DNA of 64,000 nucleotides, taken from the NCBI GenBank assembly GCA_964016885.1, contig OZ024743.1, forward strand, positions 283,898,001 to 283,962,000, read 5' to 3'. The notes beneath the pieces were generated by a model that did not search any database, was not told the origin of the DNA, and saw nothing but the letters and a program-made list of their open reading frames with translations. This document shows, piece by piece, positions 54,730 to 64,000 of the stretch. The position numbers and the translations under genes are program-made. Source of the stretch: Eledone cirrhosa (taxonomy: Eukaryota). Every line of letters begins with the position of its first letter. The first letter of the stretch is position 1.

Positions 54730-57070
54730 GTTCATCAGACGATCTACATCACCTCTTGCTCTTGCTTGATGAGACAAGTCATCCTAGGTCAGTGATCCCA
54801 GAGGTATCCTCCAAGGTGACATCAAGCCTCTTGAGATCTTCCTTGATGACATCCAGCCATCTGATGTGGGGCCTCTTCAAGTCTGTAGCTGCTGCGTTGA
54901 ACAAGAGTAGGGCCCTGGTAGGATGATCTGGCGGCAGGCAGAGGACATGTCTATACCAGTGCATGAGGCGGGAGGCTGTGGGCTGATGTATGTGCGCATG
55001 CAACTCTTTGTTGGAAACATGGTACCATCTGATGTTTTCAATGGTCCTCAGGGATCTACTATTGAAGTCATCAATCCTCTTTGAGAGGGTCACATTTCTG
55101 CTCCATAGAGAACGGAGAGGACCTATGCGTTATAAATACAGAGCTTCATCTATTGGGAGATACAGTAGTGGCGCTAAAGTGGATTCCAAAAGGAGTGCAT
55201 GACCACATCTATGGTTGATCTCCAGGGTCAGGACTCCATTGTTGGTCACTGTTGAGCCCAGGTAAATGAAGGAGCTGTCAAACTCCATGGCATCAGAGCC
55301 AATATGAAGCAGGGAAGGATCTGGCCCATCGCCAACATGCATCAGTTTGGTCTTCACCCAGCTCACCTAAAGGCCAAGCTTTGCTGATTCCTCCTGGTAT
55401 ATGGTCAGTGCTTCCCTGAGTTGATTGATCGAGTTGCTGAATAGGGTGGCAGCCTGTCTGACCCTGCTGTTGATGGGGAACCAGTCTGCATGCAACTTGC
55501 AGCACTACTATAGAGATGTTGGAACAGGGTGGTAATCTTGGGAGGTGTGCTGAACAACTTGAGAATTTTCCAGGGGCTTTGTTGTTGTGGAGCTTCTTCG
55601 ATCGAGGGTGACAGGATTAAGCATGCAGGTGTTGTTGGCTGCAGCTGGGCCTCTGGTGATGGTTAGGCAGGGATTGATTGGGATGGGTGGGTGATGAAGA
55701 AGGCTGAAGTGATCCTTCCAGTGTTTGAAGCAGTTTCTGTGGTCATGACGTCATTGATAGTCCTTCACCAAAGCTGTCTTGATTTGGGCCCCCAAAACAG
55801 GCTCTGCGGAATGTGTTGAACACTTGGCTGAGGTCATTCCCTGCTGCTCAGCTTCTACCCAAAACTTCTCCTAGTCATCTGTAACGGCCGTTTTGCATAT
55901 ACGGTTGAACAGTATCTCCAGTGAAATCCAGATCGATTTGGGAAGAGGTCTTGAGTTTACCAGGATGTCATACAGAGACTGGTTGACACTTGATTTTAAG
56001 ATCTCGCAGTTGTCGGTCTCGTCCCCAGTCAGGGCACTGAAGTGATTGGTGATGGAGCTCACAAATGTAGTGATGTTGGCATCACAGAAACAGGATGAGT
56101 CAAGGCAGAGCTGGTACTTGGTGGTAGGGTCCCCCTGCACCCTCTGCTTCAGTGTTGCAGCCAGTAACCAATGGTCAGTATTGCCAAGGTGAGCTTCTCT
56201 GTAGACATGGCAGTTGGTGACAAATGACCTGAAGCAGCAGGAGATGATATGGTCAATTGCCTTCCGGGTGAAGCCCTCCGGACTGTAGTAAGTCCAGTGA
56301 TGGGTGGGTTTGCAGGGGAACCAGGTGTCGATGATACAGAGGTTGTGGTAGTGGCACAGGAACAGCAGGCAATTACCGTTTTCATTGGTGAATGAGTCTG
56401 TTAAGCTTGTTAAAAACCTGTTGAAGCTGGTCATAGTAGTCATCCTTGACTGTCCTCTGACATGTCTGTAGGAGCATAGGCAACAATGATAGTCATCTTC
56501 CCGTGCCAGTGGAGAAAATGAGCAGACAGCTAATGGTCGCTCACCAGTTTCCAGCTGATGAGCAAATTTGCAGATGTGCTTAGGCATGGCCAGTGCCACA
56601 CTGCAGAAGCTTGTCCAGTCCTCAGGGCTACTCTAAGTGAGGCAGTGGTCTCCTGCGATGAATTCACCACTGCCAGGCCAGTGTGACTTGCAGAGTCCTA
56701 TGAATGTGATGTAGAGCGATAGCTCTCAGGACAGCAGAGTGGCTGATTCAGGGTGAAGGAGTGACAAGACAATCCATATGGCAACACAAATTTTGTATTC
56801 TAAGTCAATGTCTCGTTGGTTGGAGTTATTCAGGTGTCTGGTCAGTTCCAATGTTGGGCAGTTCAGTTTCTTCTGGTCGGTTTTGTAACAGGTTGATGGT
56901 TCTTCTGGGCAGGTTGTTAGCCCCTTTGCAGAATAGTCAGATGATGGAGCTGCCATCTTAGTGACAAGCCTATTGACTGCGGGTCACCATTGGTCTGGAA
57001 CCTTCTTGAGAGACCAGCCCTACCAGGAGCAAAGCTCCAGACAGTAACACACCCTCATATTTGCAAAGCC
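54730..57070 (-). mobile_element. Decayed RTE-like LINE with internal deletions
   Basis: NENGNCLL..C..HNLCIIDTWF..HHWTYYSP..AIDHI..TDHWLL (EN); FIYLGS..EINHR; WYRHVL..RWLDVIKEDLKRL. Confidence 0.8.
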
Positions 57071-57715
57071 TGACCTAGGAGGATATCACTGGTATGACTA
57101 TATATAGTTCCTTCTTTACCCTTTGTACCCCATCATAGCTGTAGACTGTCCATTAAGTGGCTTGTGCTGCCAGTGTGGCCATAGGGATGCATTAAATGAC
57201 CTCCATCCTTCGGGGAGCATACAGTGTTCCTTAATTATCCTATTATCCTACAATTCCAAGCATATATGTAGATAAATAGGATATGACACCTAATGTGGTT
57301 GACCATTATCATCATCATCGGTTTTATGTCCATTTTTCCATGCTTGGATGAGTCCTTCTCAGCATGGCATCACTCCACTCGCATTCCTTCGTTGTATCCT
57401 CTGTAAGTTTCAGTGATTTGGGGTCAGCTCTCACAACCTCTGTCCACATCTTTCTTGGGCTACTTCTACTGTGGCTTCCTTCCTCTGGCATTTCTTCACC
57501 CAACAATCGTTATCCATGTGCATCACATGTCCATACCAATGCAGTCTTCTCTCCTGCACACCACCTCAAGTTCCTCTTAAACCCAGCTTCGCCCTCAACT
57601 CATCCAAGCTCTGCCTTTCTCTCACACCTACATTGCACATCCAACGGAACATGGTTGCTTCATTTCTTTCTAGTCTATGCATGTCTTCTACAGTTACGGG
57701 CCATGTTTCACTATT

Positions 57716-58032
57716 TGTTCTGTACGGATTCCCAAGTAAGAACAAGTGTAAAGACAGTAGGAAGTTGTATTAAACAACGTAAGTATAACTGTACGCAGGA
57801 TGGCACGGAGTCGCAAAGCACGATGTACAGAGTATAGTGTCACGTTCACATGCCCGTGCACACATGTTGAGTCCAAGGTCTTATTGGATGGGCGAGCCAA
57901 TCAATATGAAGACTGTGTGTGATTGGGCGATGAGTGGCCAATAAGTGGCTGGAACATGTTACGCGTAATGAAAGAAAGGGAATAAATACGGATAGGCAAG
58001 AATAGGAGAGAAGCATTAATGTAGACACAACA
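57716..58032 (-). mobile_element. Gypsy 3' LTR (317 bp)
   Basis: TGTT...AACA termini. On the minus strand it is preceded by a polypurine tract (AAAAAGAGGAGAGAAAA, 58033-58049) and the integrase C-terminus. Several CCAAT boxes. Confidence 0.8.
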
Positions 58033-58055
58033 TTTTCTCTCCTCTTTTTAAAGCT

Positions 58056-58350
58056 TTAAGCTTGAAAAAAACGACTATTGTAGATTCGTCCATTTTCTAG
58101 TCGGTATGTGTGAGGACCAATGCAGTCGACTATCTTGAGTAGTGGTGATAATTTCGGTCTTCCTTTTACTGTACTACACTCTCTTACATGCACATTTTGA
58201 CTGACTATCAGAGATTTTGTCTTTTTGCTATAAGATGCTTGGTATCTAGACAATTTTGCTTTAGCCTCAATATCTGACGACTGAGCACATGTGGCATCTA
58301 AGGCGGCAGTGCTTAATTTAGTGCTCAAGGGTTGACCTAAGAACAGTTCA
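58056..58350 (-). pseudogene. Gypsy integrase C-terminal fragment
   Basis: VHVR..KGRPKLSPLLKIVDCIGPHTYRLENGRIYN, ending just before the PPT. Confidence 0.65.
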
Positions 58351-58363
58351 GCACCTAATATGC

Positions 58364-59680
58364 TTGCGGCTCCGTGCTACACCATCAGCAATTCGTCAGC
58401 CAAGACTTATTCCGTTGGCAAAACAGGAGGCAGTCCTACAAGCTATTGATGAGCTACTAGAGGCAGACGTTATAGAACCAATCGAAAGTAATGACTGGGT
58501 TCACCCAATGGTTTGTGTGCTTAAGAAGGATGGCCGTGTACGCTTTTGCTGTGATTTAAAATGCCTAAACGAACAAATTATTATTGACAAATTTATGCTT
58601 CCCTCCTTTGATGAACTAGCGGGTGCAAAATTCTTCTCCGTAATGAACGTTTCTAACGCCTATTTCCATATGGAATTGTGTAAGAAGTCGAGTCAGCTTA
58701 CCACTTTCCTTACTCCAAAAGGCCTATTTCAATACAAAGTTCTTCCCATGGGTCTCACTTCTGCACCGGCTGCATGACAATGCTTCATGACTTACAGTCT
58801 ATGGGGGATGATAGGCATCGTTTTCTATATGGATGACATTTGTGTCTTTGGGACATCAAAAGCTGAACACGATCTAATATTACGACAGCTTTTTGACCGC
58901 TTACAACTTGATCTCCATCTTAACAAAGAAAAATGTCACTTTGGTGTCAACAGTATAAGACCCAGCACAGAAAACGTAGATGCAGTGCTTCAGACTCTGG
59001 CCCCCGCATCCAAGAAAGAAGTACGACAGTTTTTAGGAATGTGTGCATACTACCTGAAATTTTTGCCCGGTTTTGCAACAATAACCGAACCTCTTCGTAG
59101 TCTGACGAAAAATAACATGGACATCATGTGGACAGACATTCAGGAACTAAGTTTTACTCGCATAAAATAATTATCTACTCCCCCTGTCCTATTGATGTTT
59201 GATTGCAGCGCCCCGACGATAGTATCTACAGATGCGTCTGGCGTTGGTCTTGGCGGCATCCTATCACAAATGCAAAACGGTTTCGAACGAGTTGTCGCGT
59301 ATGCGTCTAGATCTTTGTCGACAACGGAACAAAAATACTCCGAAGGCGAAAAAGAAGCGCTCGCATGCAAAAAATGGCATTACTATCTCTTTGGGCGTCG
59401 TTTCGTGCTCCGCACCGACCATTCATCGTTAACAACCCTGTTGAGTACCGGTGGGAAAGGTGATCAACCGTTAAGAATCTCACCTTGGTATGCCCGCCTT
59501 TTGACTTACGATTTCCGCGTTGAATATAGATCCAGAACGAACAATTAAGTTGCCGATGCGTTGTCTCGGTCCCCGCACTTACCAGAACTGAACGAAGATA
59601 ACGAAATTGTAGCTAGCCTTTCGCCTATAAGATTGCAGTTTATGTTGGCCCAAGGCAATGTAAACCGTTGTCGGTCGCAC
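58364..59680 (+). pseudogene. Gypsy pol fragment: RT + RNase H, with stops and frameshifts
   Basis: VIEPIES.DWVHPMVCVLKKDGRVRFCCDLK, FQYKVLPMGL, YMDD, TDASGVGLGGIL, YASRSL..EKEALA, LRTDH, VADALSR. Confidence 0.9.
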
Positions 59681-59759
59681 TGTGGGGCGTCGATCGTAGT
59701 GTCTGCAGCGCCAGAAGTATTCTCTAGCTTAGGCGAGATTCTAAGAGGGACCATGGTGT

Positions 59760-60158
59760 TACGACCTAACAACGGTTAACATTACCTTAGGCCAACATAA
59801 ACTGCAATCTTATAGGCGGAAGGCTGGCTATAATTTCGTTATCTTCGTTCAGTTCTATGGCTGTTAAGTGCGTGGACCGAGACAACAATCGGTGACTTGA
59901 TTTTCGTTCCGGATCTATATTCAACGCGGAAATCGTAAGTCAAAAGACGCTCATACCAACGTGAGATTCTTAAGGGTCGATGACCTTTTCCGTCGGTACT
60001 CAACAGGGTTGACAATGATGAATGGTCGGTGCGGAGCACGAAACGACGCCCAAAGAGATAGTAATGCCATTTTTCGCATGCCCAAATGCATGCGAGCGCT
60101 TCTTTTTCACCTACGGAGTATTTTTGTTCCGTTGTCGACAAAGATCTAAATGCGTACG
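59760..60158 (-). pseudogene. Inverted second copy of the Gypsy RNase H region
   Basis: EQKYSVGEKEALACIWACEKWHYYLFGRRFVLRTDH; reverse complement of ~59298-59680, diverged. Confidence 0.9.
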
Positions 60159-60911
60159 ATAAGTTCTATTCATCTTCAGAATAAAACCTAGGTAAATGTT
60201 GAAAATAACTAAAAAAAAAATATATATATATATATATGCTGAACGATTTTACAATCGAAGAATAAAACTAGAAATTCTTGCATTTAAAATAGAATAAAAT
60301 CAACTTAATTTAATTAAATTAATTTATAATGAAGCTGATGTAAATGTATGTATATATGTAACAAAAACATTACACATACCCCTTTCTGAAATTATGAAAT
60401 AGAAAGTGTTTGTGAGTTTTTCTTCCTTAACAGAAAGGTATTTATCTTATTCACAGTTGTATAAATAACATTACAAACTGTTCACAGAAAGGAAATATAA
60501 ACATATATATTAAATACAATTAACCGGGAGAAGAGTCATGTTTAAAATAAAGATGAATAATATTAAAGATATTTTCAAAAGAATTAAGAAAAGGGATGCT
60601 CATAGCTAGAAAATATCTAATTACAAGGTGTACTGGATAAGGCCTGCATAATAATTTCGCCACATCATATCTACAATATGTGAATTGCTAGAAAACTGGA
60701 AGCTCAGCGGAGATTTTAAGAGAGCGGAAGCAGAAAAATAACAATCATATAGTGTAAAAAACAACAAAAACCGTAGTAAAATTAAATGTAACAGTCCAAG
60801 GGAAATAACTCTTGAATGTTTTTAAAAAGCAACGTTTCGATTGGTCTTTCCCTTGCTGGTCGCAATTTTGGATGGTTGAGTATTACATCACCCCCCGCCT
60901 CTGTCTATATA

Positions 60912-61029
60912 TACGTGGTCTGGCTGAGAAGTTCATAGGCTGACTATGAAGGAGTGATGCTGAAGCTGTGAAATCATGCATGCATTAATTTCAAATCCAT
61001 GAGAGTATCTTGATCAGCCCATCCTCGTA
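60912..61029. mobile_element. Mariner-type MITE, internally deleted, opposite orientation to 42851-43050
   Basis: GGCTGAGAAGTTCATAGGCTGAC and CCATGAGAGTATCTTGATCAGCC shared with that copy; TA termini. Confidence 0.75.
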
Positions 61030-61419
61030 TATGCTTGTTTTATAGGTTTAGAACTATTAATCAGCAAATGCTATTTTGAAAACAGAAACAATCACTGAAA
61101 CTGCCAAAAGTTGAGGCTGGACATCAAACATAACAATATCATCAACCTGGAACAGCCTGTAAAAGCCGAAGTTACTGTTTTACTATTAATAACAAATATC
61201 GAAGAACACACACACATAGCGGGGGCATAGAAATAGTCGGGCTGGATACCCGACCACTTTGTCAGGGCATTCTTCTAGGAGAAGGCAACTCGGGAAACTG
61301 GGATATCTCTGACTTTGCCTTTCATCCTTACGGGGTCGATAAAATAAAGTACCAGTAATGCACTGGGTAATTTGCTGGCCTTGTGCCTAAAGTAGAAACA
61401 ATTATTTATTATCTCCGAA

Positions 61420-61725
61420 AAAAGGGAAACAAAAAATCACCGCGTGTCATGCAAATGCTTCATAGTCCAGCGGACAAAATGGCGAATATGTTATATGGAA
61501 AGCTGTGGAGACTTCCTTCTTACTACTATCGGGGGGAAAGTTGGCCATCCGGAGGAGTGAACCCTGCCAGTTGGAATGGCTATTTCAATGTGTTACCCTC
61601 GCCATCCTCCACTGTAACGTTTTCTCCATTCTCTCCGCTGAGACCACGAGGCGATTTGCACTGCACGCCAGAAAACCTCCCACACTATCCGTGCTCGTAT
61701 CATTGCCGCTATCGCTGGTAGAGGT
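61420..61725 (+). promoter_or_regulatory. Putative promoter / 5' exon region
   Basis: CpG-rich patch with a YY1-type CAAAATGGCG (61475-61484) and octamer ATGCAAAT (61449-61456). Motif evidence only. Confidence 0.35.
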
Positions 61726-61859
61726 TATTAATTGTTGTTAGCAATACTCTTTCAATTCTATACATTTACGTTCTAACACACTTATCAAGTATTGAATGCT
61801 ATGGCGTTGCGTTATTTCCCTTAGACTGTTGCTCAATCATATTTAACATTTTTTTTCTT

Positions 61860-62081
61860 CCCCAGCCTGTGATGTTTGAGACATTTGGTGGAGTTGGGCC
61901 GCTGACAGCGAAGTTCTTGTCCTCGATGGTGGCTCGCCTTACTGAGGTGACAGGTAATTTCTGTGTGGGTGTCTGGTTGTTTCAACGCCTTAGCCTCGTC
62001 ATCACCCGCGGTAATGCTAAAACATTTCCGTTGACGGCGATATCCAATTTTAGCGGCCTAAATGCCGCTTACTTGCTGTAG
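61860..62081 (+). mobile_element. 3' end of a CRE-like (restriction-like endonuclease) non-LTR element
   Basis: PVMFETFGGVGP.TAKFL....RLTEVTG...VWLFQRLSLVITRGNA resembles the C-terminal ETxG...QRxSxxxxRGNA signature of CRE-type elements. Confidence 0.7.
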
Positions 62082-62679
62082 TTGCTGCTTACTTCAATGT
62101 ATGAGGCTATTCCAACAAATTTACATTCCCCCTTTTTTAGCCGTTAAAAGAAATATAGATTTATTTATTGTTTTTTTTTGCGATTTATTTGCCACTGGAG
62201 CATAGATTTCTTTATTTGCCCCTTTTTTGTTTTTTAGTTTGTTTTTTTTGCGATTTATTAGCCTTTTGGGGTCACACACACCCCCGTAGAAAGTGTGCGA
62301 CCTTTCTGCCAGGGAGCACAGAGAGAGGGGGGTGCTCCCTTCTTCTCTTACCTGTACAAGCCGATATAGAGAGATGGCCCACTTACACGGGCCATTATTG
62401 CTACTTTCACCCATCTTTCATGGAATTGGCTGGGACTGAGTGCCTTTTTCTCCACCATGATCCTTCTTTCGAAGTGGTATCGGAAGAAGAGGACCATTTG
62501 TTGGCCGGCGACATATCCCCACAGTTTCCTCGTTGCAAACGCATCTGGGACATTTCTTTTCCAAGGGGTTTCCGTCCCGGAATCCGTGTCTAGAGCCTTT
62601 CCCGAACGGGCAGGGCCCCTCGGTATAATAGTAAGTATTAGTGGTTGTAATAAAAATGCAATCAAAATGTAATAAATAC

Positions 62680-62815
62680 CTTCACTGATTTCTTTCCTTA
62701 TATTATCAACAGAAGTTGGTATGTCACCCAAAGTTCGCTTTGTATGTTCCCGAATAGCAGTGAATTTTGATAAAACTGTTTCTAATTCCTTCTCCACAGT
62801 AAGACAAATATCCAT
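62680..62815 (-). pseudogene. RMND5: RMND5/GID2-like first coding exon, left-arm copy
   Basis: MDICLTVEKELETVLSKF.. resembles the RMND5A N-terminus MDQCVTVERELEKVLHKF. 136 nt ending in a phase-1 GAAG|GTATTT donor; a TTTACAG acceptor-like site lies upstream in the spacer. Confidence 0.65.
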
Positions 62816-62971
62816 GTGTAGTCCAAAAAAAATTATAATAATTCTTTATTATTATTTTCTTTTTCTGTAAATAATTATTTTTCTATATATCTCAAACCCT
62901 GCCAAACACCACATCTGTCCATCTGTAAATTTAAATGACTGTTCTTTCATACTTATCCTCTTCAACTACAC

Positions 62972-63107
62972 ATGGATATTTGTCTTACTGTGGAGAAGGA
63001 ATTAGAAACAGTTTTATCAAAATTCACTGCTATTCGGGAACATACAAAGCGAACTTTGGGTGACATACCAACTTCTGTTGATAATATAAGGAAAGAAATC
63101 AGTGAAG
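62972..63107 (+). CDS. RMND5: RMND5/GID2-like first coding exon, right-arm copy (functional exon or pseudo-exon unresolved)
   Basis: Identical 45-codon+1 exon with GT donor at 63108. Any downstream exons would lie beyond the window. Confidence 0.6.
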
Positions 63108-63160
63108 GTATTTATTACATTTTGATTGCATTTTTATTACAACCACTAATACTTACTATT

Positions 63161-63570
63161 ATACCGAGGGGCCCTGCCCGTTCGGGAAAGGCTCTACAGA
63201 CACGGATTCCGGGACGGAAACCCCTTGGAAAAGAAATGTCCCAGATGCGTTTGCAACGAGGAAACTGTGGGGATATGTCGCCGGCCAACAAATGGTCCTC
63301 TTCTTCCGATACCACTTCGAAAGAAGGATCAAGGTGGAGAAAAAGGCACTCAGTCCCAGCCAATTCCATGAAAGATGGGTGAAAGTAGCAATAATGGCCC
63401 GTGTAAGTGGGCCATCTCTCTATATCGGCTTGTACAGGTAAGAGAAGAAGGGAGCACCCCCCTCTCTCTGTGTTCCCTGGCAGAAAGGTCGCACACTTTC
63501 TACGGGGGTGTGTGTGACCCCAAAAGGCTAATAAATCGCAAAAAAAACAAACTAAAAAACAAAAAAGGGG
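63161..63570 (+). mobile_element. L1/Tx1-type LINE 3' fragment (mirrored at ~62225-62626, minus strand)
   Basis: YRGALPVRERLYRHG..KKCPRCVCNEETV (zf-RVT-like), then FFRYHFERRIKVEKKALSPSQFHERWVKV, 3'UTR hairpins, AATAAA and an A-rich tail. Confidence 0.7.
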
Positions 63571-63855
63571 CAAATAAAGAAATCTATGCCCCAGTGGCAA
63601 ATAAATCGCAAAAAAAAAACAATAAATAAATCTATATTTCTTTTAACGGCTAAAAAAAGGGGAATGTAAATTTGTTGGAATAGTCTCATACATTGAAGTA
63701 AGCGGCATTTAGGCCGCTAAAATTGGATATCGCCCCGTTTTGACCCTTGTGATGTGCGACCGATTATCGCACTTGGTGGTGATGGTCGATTTTGTTTTTG
63801 CCCCCCCCCCCCTTTTTTTTCTTTCTCTCGCTTCGATCATATATTTTGGGCGTTG

Positions 63856-64000
63856 TATTTGTAAGGTCCCTGGCAATAGTTAGCCTTACTAATTTGGTTA
63901 AACTTTATTCACAGTTGTATAAATAATATTACAAATTGTTCAGAATAAAATATAAACACATAATAAATCCAGTTATCTATTGCTAGGAACCTTACAAATA
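63856..64000. repeat. 24-bp inverted repeat (63856-63879 / 63977-64000), cut by the window edge
   Basis: TATTTGTAAGGTCCCTGGCAATAG vs CTATTGCTAGGAACCTTACAAATA (2 mismatches). The interior resembles 60447-60510. Confidence 0.75.

Larger units (their letters stand above)
62036..63734. repeat. 1.7-kb inverted duplication (arms 62036-62822 and 62965-63734, 142-bp spacer)
   Basis: Arms are reverse complements apart from a few substitutions, a 20-bp insertion (~62075-62094) and a 2-bp deletion (~62591) in the left arm. Confidence 0.97.

Noticed and set aside
60430-60900. Possible further hammerhead on the minus strand (..TCGAAACGTTGC near 60829-60840)
   Set aside because: Only the GAAAC half is recognisable; no CUGANGA box.
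62972-63382. 136-aa ORF (and 62348-62815) as a novel protein
   Set aside because: Read-through of an exon into intron and L1/Tx1 sequence; the frames differ between arms because of a 2-bp indel.

Overview
AT-rich eukaryotic (animal) genomic DNA. The repeat content suggests a coleoid cephalopod such as Octopus, but that is inferred. About two thirds of the window is transposon-derived. At 0.1-12.6 kb lie three young 5'-truncated RTE-clade LINEs; each carries an in-frame C4HC3 PHD-type finger inside the RT and each starts at a (TA)n tract. Older material includes RTE, Rex3-like, CR1, L1-Tx1, CRE and Penelope remnants, two tRNA-derived SINE families (CORE-type with an RTE tail, and Nin/Deu-type), mariner-type MITEs and a scrambled Ty3/Gypsy element with one LTR. 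One clear host gene is present: a ZNF800-like C2H2 zinc-finger protein encoded by a single 4.1-kb exon (43194-47288), probably with a non-coding first exon near 29.3-29.56 kb. The most unusual structure is a series of fold-back (inverted) duplications. Three of them carry hammerhead-ribozyme-like motifs, best at 6459-6535 on the minus strand. Another is a 1.7-kb near-perfect palindrome (62036-63734) that duplicates the first coding exon of an RMND5/GID2-like gene. Three of the fold-backs have almost the same spacer (138, 142 and 143 bp). All calls were made by eye; no database search was run.
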